A DNA stretch of 32,286 bases, taken from IMG/VR virus record IMGVR_UViG_3300024272_000027. One strand, written 5' to 3'. Position numbers and translations under genes: made by a program. Under the pieces are notes generated by a model. It was given only the letters and a program-made list of their open reading frames with translations, ran no database searches and was not told where the DNA came from. Below, piece by piece: positions 24,800 through 32,286 of the stretch (positions are counted from its first letter, which is position 1; each line of letters opens with the position of its first letter). The stretch comes from a virus (taxonomy: Duplodnaviria > Heunggongvirae > Uroviricota > Caudoviricetes).

Positions 24800-27700
24800 A
24801 CTAATGTTCTGTCGTTAAGGTTTGTCACGTAGTTTGAACCATCAGCTTCTGTGTCAACTTGTAAACGTAAGCCATCTTCGTTTTGAACGCGTACGTGTGC
24901 TTGAGCGTGGTCATCTTGACCTAAGAATAAAGCGTACAAATCACCAATAGTTTTAACTGCGGCTCTTGAATCAGATGAATTAGCGCCCATAGCTTTTACA
25001 ATAGCTTTAGCTAAGTCATTGTAGTTAAACTTAACTGTGGTTGCTGTAGTAGGCATCTTTGATACTTCTACCACATTTGACCCTTTCATTGCATTACGCG
25101 ACGCTGTGTTTATATCCACAAGTACACCAGTACTATTACTACTTTTTACTTTCAAAGACTGTGTTGCTACGGCACTCGCAATAGCCGATGCTGTTGGTGG
25201 GTCTTTGGCCATATTAGTAACCTTGGCAGATAATGTTTTACCGCTAATGGCATTAGCAATAGCATCTGCTGTTGGAGGAGCACTTACCATATTAGTAACA
25301 GTTGTTTTTAAATCATCTTTATTAAATTTAAACTTATCTAAAACACCCTTCACTGTTGCGTCATATACAGCCAATTTTGATTTACCTGAAGCTGTTCCAT
25401 AACTGTCAATAGCACTGTCAACTACAGCGAGTTTACTCTTACCACTGCCACTAACAAAGGCGTCTAATCTATTGTCATAAACATTTAACCACTTACCATC
25501 TTTAACAACTGAAGCAGTTCCGAATACTGTTTTTAAGTTGCTGTCCGTTGTTGTAAGTTTGTCAGAAGACACATTTTGCACAGATAGGTTTTTACCTGAG
25601 ATAGCCGTAGCAATCTGTTCTGCGGTAGCAGGGTCTTTAGCCATATTTGATACGGAAACATCTAGTCCGCCACTATCAAAACTTAAGTTGCTTAGCACTC
25701 CGTAAACAGCACTATCATAAACACTTAAAGTACCTTCAACAGTAGATTTATATTTGTCAATCGCTAAGTCTGTTACAGATAAAGAACTGCTACTCTTTCC
25801 TACAATAAAATCACTTAAATGATTATCATAAACATTGAGCCAAGCATTATCTCTAACAAGAGAACTAGCTCCAAAGACTGTACGCAAGTTAGTGTCGTGA
25901 GTAAGTAAACTAACTTCTTTAAATGTCATTCTGCTGTCTCTAGTATGTAAGAAGTTGCTACCTGTGTTCTGGAATACTTTAAACAAGTGTTCTTCTTTAA
26001 CTCTCTGCACACCAGAACCTTCTGAACCTTCCACGGTTACTTTATAAACGTCATCAATAGTTTTGCCAGGGTCAGAATTTTTATTAGTTATTTTCTTAGT
26101 TTCTTCGGCATCATCTGTTGCGGCATTAAGCGTAGATGATTCCATATCAGATGAGTTACTTGTTGTTATGTAAGTGGCTTGAGTTGTGTCACCTTGTGAT
26201 GCACCGAGTGCAAAAGCATTAGATGAGCCACGTTTAGTATACTCAGTGCCGCCCCACGCATCAAGATTAGTACCTCCTAGTGAGCCTAATCCAGCAAACA
26301 TATTGCCTACAAGTGACACAGCTGATGACAGCTGTAGTCCTAGGTTCATTAAGTCTTGAACTGATGTGTTTAAGTCTAAACCGAACCCAGCCGCATTGAT
26401 AAACGGTATATTCATATCAATGTTATTGTCTTCCATAAACCCTAACATCTTATACATACCGTATGTAACTGGGTTATTCATTAAATCTTCTGCTACACCG
26501 AAAATTACGTTGTTGTATAGATTGTCAACCATCTCAGTCAAACTAGTTCTAGAAAGTAACTTCACAAATTGACTGTTCAGTTCACTTTCCATTGCCCCAT
26601 AGCTCAATGATTGACTTGAAATATTTGAAATATCTCCTGCTGATAGATTGCTAATAGCTTTCATATCAGACATTGACAGATTAAATACATCACCATAAGC
26701 TGCACGAACTACTTGATTGTCTGAGTTTTCAGCTATATCTTTAAGATAAGACATCATACCTTCAAGTAATCTATTTGTGGTTTCTGCGTCTAATCCTTTG
26801 ATTAACATATCAGAATAACTTAACCCAGCTTGTGAAGCACTCATTGCTATAAGTGTCTGTAACTGTGAATTACTTGCGAGACTTGTTACGTCACCTGTCG
26901 CTAGATAGTTGATTCCTGTTGCAATTTGATTTATTGTCTCAGAAGACATACCCACAGAACTTAGAGAGCCTAACCATTTCTGTACTATATATTCAAACTG
27001 TGCTGACATATCACGCGTCATTGTTGCGTTAGCATCAATGATAGCAGATGATACTTGGTCATACATATCATTCAAGTAACTTGAATCTTGGAACATACCG
27101 TTGAAGAATTTAGTTAAGCTGGCTTCCATACCTAAACGAGCAGCAGTTGTGTCTGCTTGTTGTAATCTAATAAGTCTTAATAAGTTAGCATCAAAAGCAT
27201 CAAAGGTATTGGCTATCTTGTCACTTACAGTTTGTAAGAATGCTCGTTGTTCAACATTGTAAGCAACACCTTTATCAACAAGCTCCTTCATATTTTCAAT
27301 TACTTTTTGAGATTTTACAAAAGGACTTAAAGAAAGGTTACCTGATATAACTCCCATTACTTCTTTATAATTAGTATCGGACCCTTGTAACCTAGCGTCA
27401 ATATGCCCTTTATAAGTTGTAAGCATACCTTCAACTTCATCAAAAAGTTTATCTCTAGTTTGAGCAAAATTCTCTATATAGCGAGCTTTAGTCTCTTCAG
27501 CTCTAAGTTGTTTCTTAGCTGCCTCCGCCTCAGCTTTTGCAGCCGCTACCTCCTCTGAATCTTCTGCAAATCCAGCTTCAAGTAAAGCGTTCACATTAGC
27601 TTCGGCAGCTTCAGCTGCTTCTTTCTGAGCTTGAACAACTTTCTTCTGCTCGTTGATAAGCTGTTGAAATGTCCCTTCATTGATACCAGCAATTGAATGA

Positions 27701-28323
27701 GCAACTTGTACAGCGCCTTCAAAAGAAGGTTGCTTTGCAAAATCTTTCACGCTTTGACCGAGTTCTTTAAACTTCTTACCTTGTTCAGATTTTTCCAGTT
27801 TTATTGCTTGTTCACGAGCTTCTGATTCTGCTTTTACACTCGCTAATACTTCTTTTTTATGTTTTTTAGTTAAGCTGATACGTGTTGCGGTATCAGCTTC
27901 TGCCCATTTCTTATGATATATAGCTTCCTTAGTTTTACGGTCTTCGGCTATTTCGTTAGCTTGCTGTTTCTTAAGTTCCGCTTTATGAAGTACAGTAGCT
28001 CTCTTATACTGATTGGTACGATAAGCTAGAGTGGCATCCATAGATTGGCGATGTATTTGTTGCTCTACTAAAGCAATCTCATCTTCAATCTTCTTAGTGG
28101 CTTGTCCTGAACGCTTAGCAAATTCAAGGTCTTGTTGTAATTTAGCTAACCCCGATTTTTTAGCAATTTCAAGTCGCATCTTCTCATAATCTGAATATGC
28201 TCCAAGTAACGACTTAAAACGCTTATTACTGCTCACGTCATTATCAAACATCTGACGTTGCTGTGCGTTGTCGTTTCGCTCTGAGTTAACTCCATTTGCA
28301 GCATCATTCATATAATTAGCCAT
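24793..28323 (-). CDS. Tail tape measure protein with repetitive C-terminal domain
   Basis: Long Ala/Lys/Glu/Gln-rich helical N-terminal two-thirds; position after the chaperone pair and before the baseplate genes. Confidence 0.78.
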   Translation of the reverse strand: MANYMNDAANGVNSERNDNAQQRQMFDNDVSSNKRFKSLLGAYSDYEKMRLEIAKKSGLAKLQQDLEFAKRSGQATKKIEDEIALVEQQIHRQSMDATLAYRTNQYKRATVLHKAELKKQQANEIAEDRKTKEAIYHKKWAEADTATRISLTKKHKKEVLASVKAESEAREQAIKLEKSEQGKKFKELGQSVKDFAKQPSFEGAVQVAHSIAGINEGTFQQLINEQKKVVQAQKEAAEAAEANVNALLEAGFAEDSEEVAAAKAEAEAAKKQLRAEETKARYIENFAQTRDKLFDEVEGMLTTYKGHIDARLQGSDTNYKEVMGVISGNLSLSPFVKSQKVIENMKELVDKGVAYNVEQRAFLQTVSDKIANTFDAFDANLLRLIRLQQADTTAARLGMEASLTKFFNGMFQDSSYLNDMYDQVSSAIIDANATMTRDMSAQFEYIVQKWLGSLSSVGMSSETINQIATGINYLATGDVTSLASNSQLQTLIAMSASQAGLSYSDMLIKGLDAETTNRLLEGMMSYLKDIAENSDNQVVRAAYGDVFNLSMSDMKAISNLSAGDISNISSQSLSYGAMESELNSQFVKLLSRTSLTEMVDNLYNNVIFGVAEDLMNNPVTYGMYKMLGFMEDNNIDMNIPFINAAGFGLDLNTSVQDLMNLGLQLSSAVSLVGNMFAGLGSLGGTNLDAWGGTEYTKRGSSNAFALGASQGDTTQATYITTSNSSDMESSTLNAATDDAEETKKITNKNSDPGKTIDDVYKVTVEGSEGSGVQRVKEEHLFKVFQNTGSNFLHTRDSRMTFKEVSLLTHDTNLRTVFGASSLVRDNAWLNVYDNHLSDFIVGKSSSSLSVTDLAIDKYKSTVEGTLSVYDSAVYGVLSNLSFDSGGLDVSVSNMAKDPATAEQIATAISGKNLSVQNVSSDKLTTTDSNLKTVFGTASVVKDGKWLNVYDNRLDAFVSGSGKSKLAVVDSAIDSYGTASGKSKLAVYDATVKGVLDKFKFNKDDLKTTVTNMVSAPPTADAIANAISGKTLSAKVTNMAKDPPTASAIASAVATQSLKVKSSNSTGVLVDINTASRNAMKGSNVVEVSKMPTTATTVKFNYNDLAKAIVKAMGANSSDSRAAVKTIGDLYALFLGQDDHAQAHVRVQNEDGLRLQVDTEADGSNYVTNLNDRTLVW
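25144..25902 (-). repeat. Tandem 117-aa (351-nt) protein repeat plus 26-aa sub-repeats in the tape measure C-terminus
   Basis: DTNLRTVFG...WLNVYDNHL...SNMAKDPATAEQIATAISGK versus DSNLKTVFG...WLNVYDNRL...TNMVSAPPTADAIANAISGK; the N codons start at 25890 and 25539. A third TNMAKDPPTASAIASA follows. Confidence 0.9.
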
Positions 28324-28344
28324 TGTACCTCACCTCACAATAAT

Positions 28345-28569
28345 TTATTTTAGCCCCATATTTCGTAACTGGGTGTTTCTAACCTCATTCTCGTGTTCTA
28401 AATCTCTGCGGATAAACTCAAGAATGTATTTTCTTTCTATTGGAGTAATCTTACCTAAATCAAAGTAAGATGTGTGTATGTGTTTTGATATAAGATAACG
28501 TTCCTCTACAATCTGTTCATATCGAACAGGTCCATAAGGTTTGCCATCAGATGTCAATAGAGGGTCCAA
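28345..28569 (-). CDS. Tail assembly chaperone, downstream part (gpT/gpE'-like)
   Basis: RYLISKHIHTSYFDLGKITPIERKYILEFIRRDLEHE pattern; overlaps the upstream chaperone by 23 nt; immediately precedes the tape measure gene. Confidence 0.6.
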   Translation of the reverse strand: MDPLLTSDGKPYGPVRYEQIVEERYLISKHIHTSYFDLGKITPIERKYILEFIRRDLEHENEVRNTQLRNMGLK

Positions 28570-29305
28570 AAAACTCCTTTGTGATACGAAAGGAAGTATT
28601 ATAATCTAACCCACAGATTGGACATTTTAACTCAACGGAAGTTCTAATTCCAAAACTTTCTACTAGTTTTTGAGCGTGTTTCATTATAAAGTTAGTATCC
28701 ATCATAGGAAGTGCTCTTACAAAATCTTCACGCTTAACAGGGTCAAGTTTTTGACCGTCAACACTTTCAATTAGAGATTGCAAAGTAAATAAAAATGCAG
28801 TATCCCCTGATGTTCCTTTTGACTTCTTTCTCAACTCGTTAGTACGGTCATTGATGTCGTCAATCATTCGAGGAGTCTGCATTCTGATTCTTATACGTTT
28901 TTGTGTTCTAGGCAATGTAAATTCAAGACACTTTGCAAACTCAGCTTCATCGTACTCCACAACTTCAAGTTCGTTTAAATTAAGTGTGCCGTCATTTTCA
29001 GATTGGCAATATGGACACACTGATGTATTCTCGTAGTTAGGGCCATAAGTAACAACACGTAACTTATGTAACAAAAACTGATAATCAGCCAAGCACATAT
29101 CATATGAAGATATGCCAGGGTTCTCTAGTAAACAATCATCAATAACTTCGCAAAGGTTCTTGTAAGCCTTGTCAGAGGGGGCTAATCTCTTCATCTCTTC
29201 TTCTGTTGTCATACTTCTGATTCTAACAACAGGGTTTACATTCTCAGAATATACTTTACCTCTAGAAGGTAACACATATTCTTCAGCAATACTATAATTT
29301 GTCAT
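28547..29305 (-). CDS. Tail/baseplate assembly chaperone, T4 gp26/gp51-like
   Basis: YVLPSRGKVY...IRSMTTEEE; CPYC and CPIC; position before the tape measure gene. Confidence 0.72.
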   Translation of the reverse strand: MTNYSIAEEYVLPSRGKVYSENVNPVVRIRSMTTEEEMKRLAPSDKAYKNLCEVIDDCLLENPGISSYDMCLADYQFLLHKLRVVTYGPNYENTSVCPYCQSENDGTLNLNELEVVEYDEAEFAKCLEFTLPRTQKRIRIRMQTPRMIDDINDRTNELRKKSKGTSGDTAFLFTLQSLIESVDGQKLDPVKREDFVRALPMMDTNFIMKHAQKLVESFGIRTSVELKCPICGLDYNTSFRITKEFFGPSIDI

Positions 29306-29326
29306 TTTGTATCTCCTTTATAGTAA

Positions 29327-29360
29327 TTTATAATTGTACACATAATAATACAATTATAAA
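29327..29360. repeat. 12-bp inverted repeat upstream of the chaperone/tape-measure operon
   Basis: TTTATAATTGTA (29327-29338), 10 nt, TACAATTATAAA (29349-29360). Confidence 0.6.
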
Positions 29361-29377
29361 CACTATGAAAAGAGGTA

Positions 29378-30202
29378 TCAAAGTTGGTCGTCAGGATTTT
29401 CTTCTTCTATATCATCGGGGTCTTCAGAAGGAGTATCATCTTTTGAAGCAAAACGAATACCTTGTTTATTACCTTTTTGGAAACGTGTTCTATTCTGGTT
29501 ATAAGTATTAGCTGCGTCAATAGTATCAACATCATCTTCACTTGCTAACATATCAGAACTGTCAGTATCTTCAATAGGTAGTTGGACTGGCTCTGAATAC
29601 TCGCGTCCGAATACAGCTGGGAATATAATATCAGCATATAGTTTTTGGTAGTGATGTTCCATATATCTTATGTAGTTTGAAATCACACGAGCAACACGAA
29701 TAATCCAACTTGTGTTATTTAAAACAAGCAATACGTGTTTACAAGCACTCCCTAAACTGTCGTCAGGATTAGTGATGTCAGAAGGACGAGTTTCAGGTGC
29801 ACCACTGTTAAAATCATTGCGTGTGCTATAGTATGCAAACCTATACGTGAAATCAGGACAAGTACAATGAATGTAAACATCATCTTTATTAAATCCAATA
29901 ATAGCAGCTCGCGAGATATCTCTAAAATCTACAGATGATTTTCCACGAGTCTGGTCACGGAGTATAGCAAGAAATCCACCGAAAGTCATTCTAACAGTAT
30001 AATCATCCGTCTCGCCGTGGACAGGTAAATTAACAGTTAAGATGTCATCTTTAAATAACTTATTCATATCAATAGAATTCATTGCTTTAACAGTATTAGC
30101 CACACGAGATTTATTTCGCTTGTTAAAACGCTCTTTCCCTTTTTGTGACGATTTGGATTTAGCTAATAGTTTCTGTCGATTGTCCTCATATAATCTATTC
30201 AT
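29378..30202 (-). CDS. SWIM-type zinc-finger protein, unknown function
   Basis: CTC-x38-CKH (29735-29866); acidic C-terminal tail. Start at ATG 30202 (MNRLYED) with AAGGAG RBS. Confidence 0.6.
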   Translation of the reverse strand: MNRLYEDNRQKLLAKSKSSQKGKERFNKRNKSRVANTVKAMNSIDMNKLFKDDILTVNLPVHGETDDYTVRMTFGGFLAILRDQTRGKSSVDFRDISRAAIIGFNKDDVYIHCTCPDFTYRFAYYSTRNDFNSGAPETRPSDITNPDDSLGSACKHVLLVLNNTSWIIRVARVISNYIRYMEHHYQKLYADIIFPAVFGREYSEPVQLPIEDTDSSDMLASEDDVDTIDAANTYNQNRTRFQKGNKQGIRFASKDDTPSEDPDDIEEENPDDQL

Positions 30203-30226
30203 AAACCGCCACTCCTTTAACATTAA

Positions 30227-30258
30227 AATAATGGGAGAATAAGAATTCTCCCATTATT
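30227..30258 (-). terminator. Perfect 14-bp hairpin after the tail tube gene (terminator/attenuator or processing stem)
   Basis: AATAATGGGAGAAT-AAGA-ATTCTCCCATTATT; on the minus strand the GC core is followed by AUUAUUUU. Confidence 0.65.
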
Positions 30259-30280
30259 AAATACAATATATTGAGTTGTA

Positions 30281-30865
30281 TTAGAGTACTTCGCTTAAAT
30301 CAATTTCTGCTCTATCATATTGAATAGTGCAAGAAATCTGATGTTTGTCACCACTATCAGCTGTGTACTCGCCTTCACTTAAAGCTGAAATCCAACATCC
30401 GTAAAGTCTCCAAGTTCTAACTTTACGATAGTCAGGTGTGTACTCGATTAAATAACAATCTTTCTTATAATTTGTTACATCAAGAGCACCAACTTTTTCA
30501 GTGCGTACATTGTAAGAAAGATTCTGCCAAGCTTTCAAGATTGACTTAATATCAGCACCAATATAGTCATTAAAGTCGATTGAACCTTCTGAGAATGAAG
30601 GAACTCCTGCGTACTTTAATGTACTGTTACCACGTTTGATATTAACAACTTCTTGTGTAAAGTGTGGCACAAATGCTTTTGTAACAGAAAGTCTTAACAT
30701 TTCCTGAGCATTTTTAATCTTTGCGTTCTTTTCAGTTCCGATAGCACCTGCACGAATAATTCCGTCAATATCAGTAACAACGAATTCAAAGTTATTTTGT
30801 CTTTGAATTTCAAATAACTGAGGATTATCGGCTAAGTGATAAGTACCAATTTGTGTTGAAGCCAT
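30281..30865 (-). CDS. Tail tube protein, T4 gp19-like
   Basis: RQNNFEF, KYAGVPSFSEGSIDFND, ILKAWQ, YKKD, RTWRLYGCWIS, TIQYD; directly after the sheath gene. Confidence 0.9.
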   Translation of the reverse strand: MASTQIGTYHLADNPQLFEIQRQNNFEFVVTDIDGIIRAGAIGTEKNAKIKNAQEMLRLSVTKAFVPHFTQEVVNIKRGNSTLKYAGVPSFSEGSIDFNDYIGADIKSILKAWQNLSYNVRTEKVGALDVTNYKKDCYLIEYTPDYRKVRTWRLYGCWISALSEGEYTADSGDKHQISCTIQYDRAEIDLSEVL

Positions 30866-30886
30866 TATCTAATCTCCCTTTCTACT

Positions 30887-32286
30887 TTATTGTACTGTTA
30901 CTTCATCGTCATCTTGTAATACGACTGTAACGTAGAAGTCTTCAACAGCATATACAGGATATAGATAAATCTTAGCACATAATGTAGCCTTTTCATTCGC
31001 TCTTTCGTGCTCAGTGTCTCTAACAAACTTGTAACCTGATATACCGTAACCTGAAACCATTCTGTCAAGAGTAGGAGCAATAGCTGCCTTAAAGTTAACC
31101 CAAAGGATATCGTTGTTCTGTTCAAAAGTTAACTTACGAGCGGTTCTATAACAAATCTTCTTAACATCACTTATAAGGTTTCTAACATTTAAGAATGATG
31201 TAGCAACTAAGTTTTCATCATTTCTTTTTAGAGTTCTATTACCCCAGATAACATTTCCATAAGGTTTGATATCTGTAATAGCATTTACTGCGATACCTAC
31301 GCGTCCATCAAGACTGCTACGTGGTTGCATCCAATCAGCAGCACCATTTGTAATCTTTGTAGTAACACCGTTATCACTCAGATTCTGAAGAGCACCACGA
31401 CTTGAACCTGCAATAGCTAACCAAGGAGCATTTGTTTTAATTGAATCCGCTAATGCACCAAGATATGCAAAACTTCCTGCTAGACGAATTGGAGAATCAT
31501 TTACTATACCGGTTGTGTCACGGTCTGAAGTTGTACGATTAAATACGCACCAAGGTGTAAACATTGCTCCAAATTCACCATTTGAACCATCAGAATTTAA
31601 AGCACTGTTAGTAACTGATTTGTATAAGCTGCCAGCTTTATCAACGTTATTTTCACGGTCAGGATTATCTGTGTGGTCAATTAAAGCAACACAATCCCCG
31701 CGTTTTTCTGCAAGAGCTAACATTGCAGACATTAAACTGTTACCGTTATATTCATAAACTGGATATCCACCGGAGGTTAGATATTTGATATTGTAATTTC
31801 CTCTATCAACTAATCCTTCAGTATCACTTAGATTAAATATCTCTGTAAGTGATTTATACATATTAACTATTGAAATTGACTCTTCTATTGCAAATACGTC
31901 AACTCTATGATTTGTAAGTGCTGCATAAGTTACAGCAGTGTCAGAACACTCGCATTTATATATACCATTACCATCTTTAGTAATTTCAATAGGCACGTCA
32001 ACGGTTGTGCGTTCATAATAATCAAGATGGTAACGTCTATCCCAATATTCTGGATATTCTGTAATAGGCTCAGCACTCATTGCGGGACAGTCAGTAGTTA
32101 CACGATTGCCTCTAGCATCATATACATAAGGAACTCCGCTACTTGTAGTACCATTTGTACTGTAGTACTCTCCTGCTTTTATGTAAATATACGATTGTGG
32201 GGTAACTTCGTAACCCTTTGCATCTCCTGCTAAAGTTACTTCACTTAAGTTAAATTTCACAGCGCCTTCATCAGTACTTAAATCAG
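30887..32286 (-). CDS. Contractile tail sheath protein (5' part lies off the right edge)
   Basis: GAMFTPW, APWLAIAG, YGNVIWGNRTL, FLNVRNL, FEQNN. The frame stays open beyond the track start at 32260 (DLSTDEGA). Confidence 0.93.
   Translation of the reverse strand, partial: DLSTDEGAVKFNLSEVTLAGDAKGYEVTPQSYIYIKAGEYYSTNGTTSSGVPYVYDARGNRVTTDCPAMSAEPITEYPEYWDRRYHLDYYERTTVDVPIEITKDGNGIYKCECSDTAVTYAALTNHRVDVFAIEESISIVNMYKSLTEIFNLSDTEGLVDRGNYNIKYLTSGGYPVYEYNGNSLMSAMLALAEKRGDCVALIDHTDNPDRENNVDKAGSLYKSVTNSALNSDGSNGEFGAMFTPWCVFNRTTSDRDTTGIVNDSPIRLAGSFAYLGALADSIKTNAPWLAIAGSSRGALQNLSDNGVTTKITNGAADWMQPRSSLDGRVGIAVNAITDIKPYGNVIWGNRTLKRNDENLVATSFLNVRNLISDVKKICYRTARKLTFEQNNDILWVNFKAAIAPTLDRMVSGYGISGYKFVRDTEHERANEKATLCAKIYLYPVYAVEDFYVTVVLQDDDEVTVQ

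Larger units (their letters stand above)
1..32286 (-). mobile_element. Bacteriophage genome fragment (contractile-tailed Caudoviricetes): tail/baseplate, replication and DNA-modification modules
   Basis: Co-oriented sheath, tube, tape measure, gp25/gp6-like baseplate genes and phage-type replisome. No bacterial housekeeping genes. No integrase or att site in the window, so prophage versus lytic phage is unresolved. Confidence 0.97.

Noticed and set aside
28547-28579. Classical -1 XXXYYYZ frameshift
   Set aside because: The downstream ORF is in the +1/-2 frame, so a -1 shift would not enter it.
1537-32233. All plus-strand ORFs in the track (60-121 aa) and short alternate-frame minus ORFs (2476-2757, 5841-6113, 17505-17699, 23662-23844, 29299-29511, 30898-31125)
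   Set aside because: They lie within or opposite long, motif-bearing genes and show no recognisable motifs; consistent with shadow ORFs.
1-32286. CRISPR arrays, tRNA/rRNA genes, IS elements, integrase/att sites
   Set aside because: Intergenic gaps are at most about 180 nt and contain no repeat-spacer series, cloverleaf or transposase features.

Overview
The whole window is a fragment of a tailed dsDNA phage genome with a contractile (myovirus-type) tail. It is AT-rich (about 35% GC by eye) and densely coding, with every credible gene on the minus strand. GGAGG ribosome sites and sigmaA/70-type promoters suggest a low-GC Bacillota host (inference). In transcription order (right to left): tail sheath (runs off the right edge), tail tube, a SWIM-type Zn protein, a tail chaperone pair, tape measure, baseplate genes including a 1861-aa gp6/J-like protein, two unknown genes, a Zn-finger gene, a HARP-SNF2 helicase, a sigma-like protein, a complete replisome (initiator, loader, DnaB, primase, gp32-like SSB, PolA), a YhhQ-type preQ0/preQ1 transporter, and a DpdA-type transglycosylase missing from the ORF track because it runs off the left edge. 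Main signals: (1) a 7-deazaguanine DNA-modification cassette at the end of the replisome operon; (2) a candidate preQ1-I-like riboswitch in the 53-nt polA-yhhQ gap; (3) no GATC and no CATG found on a manual pass through 32 kb; (4) a candidate non-canonical (+1/-2) tail-chaperone frameshift. All family calls are motif recognition by eye, not database searches.
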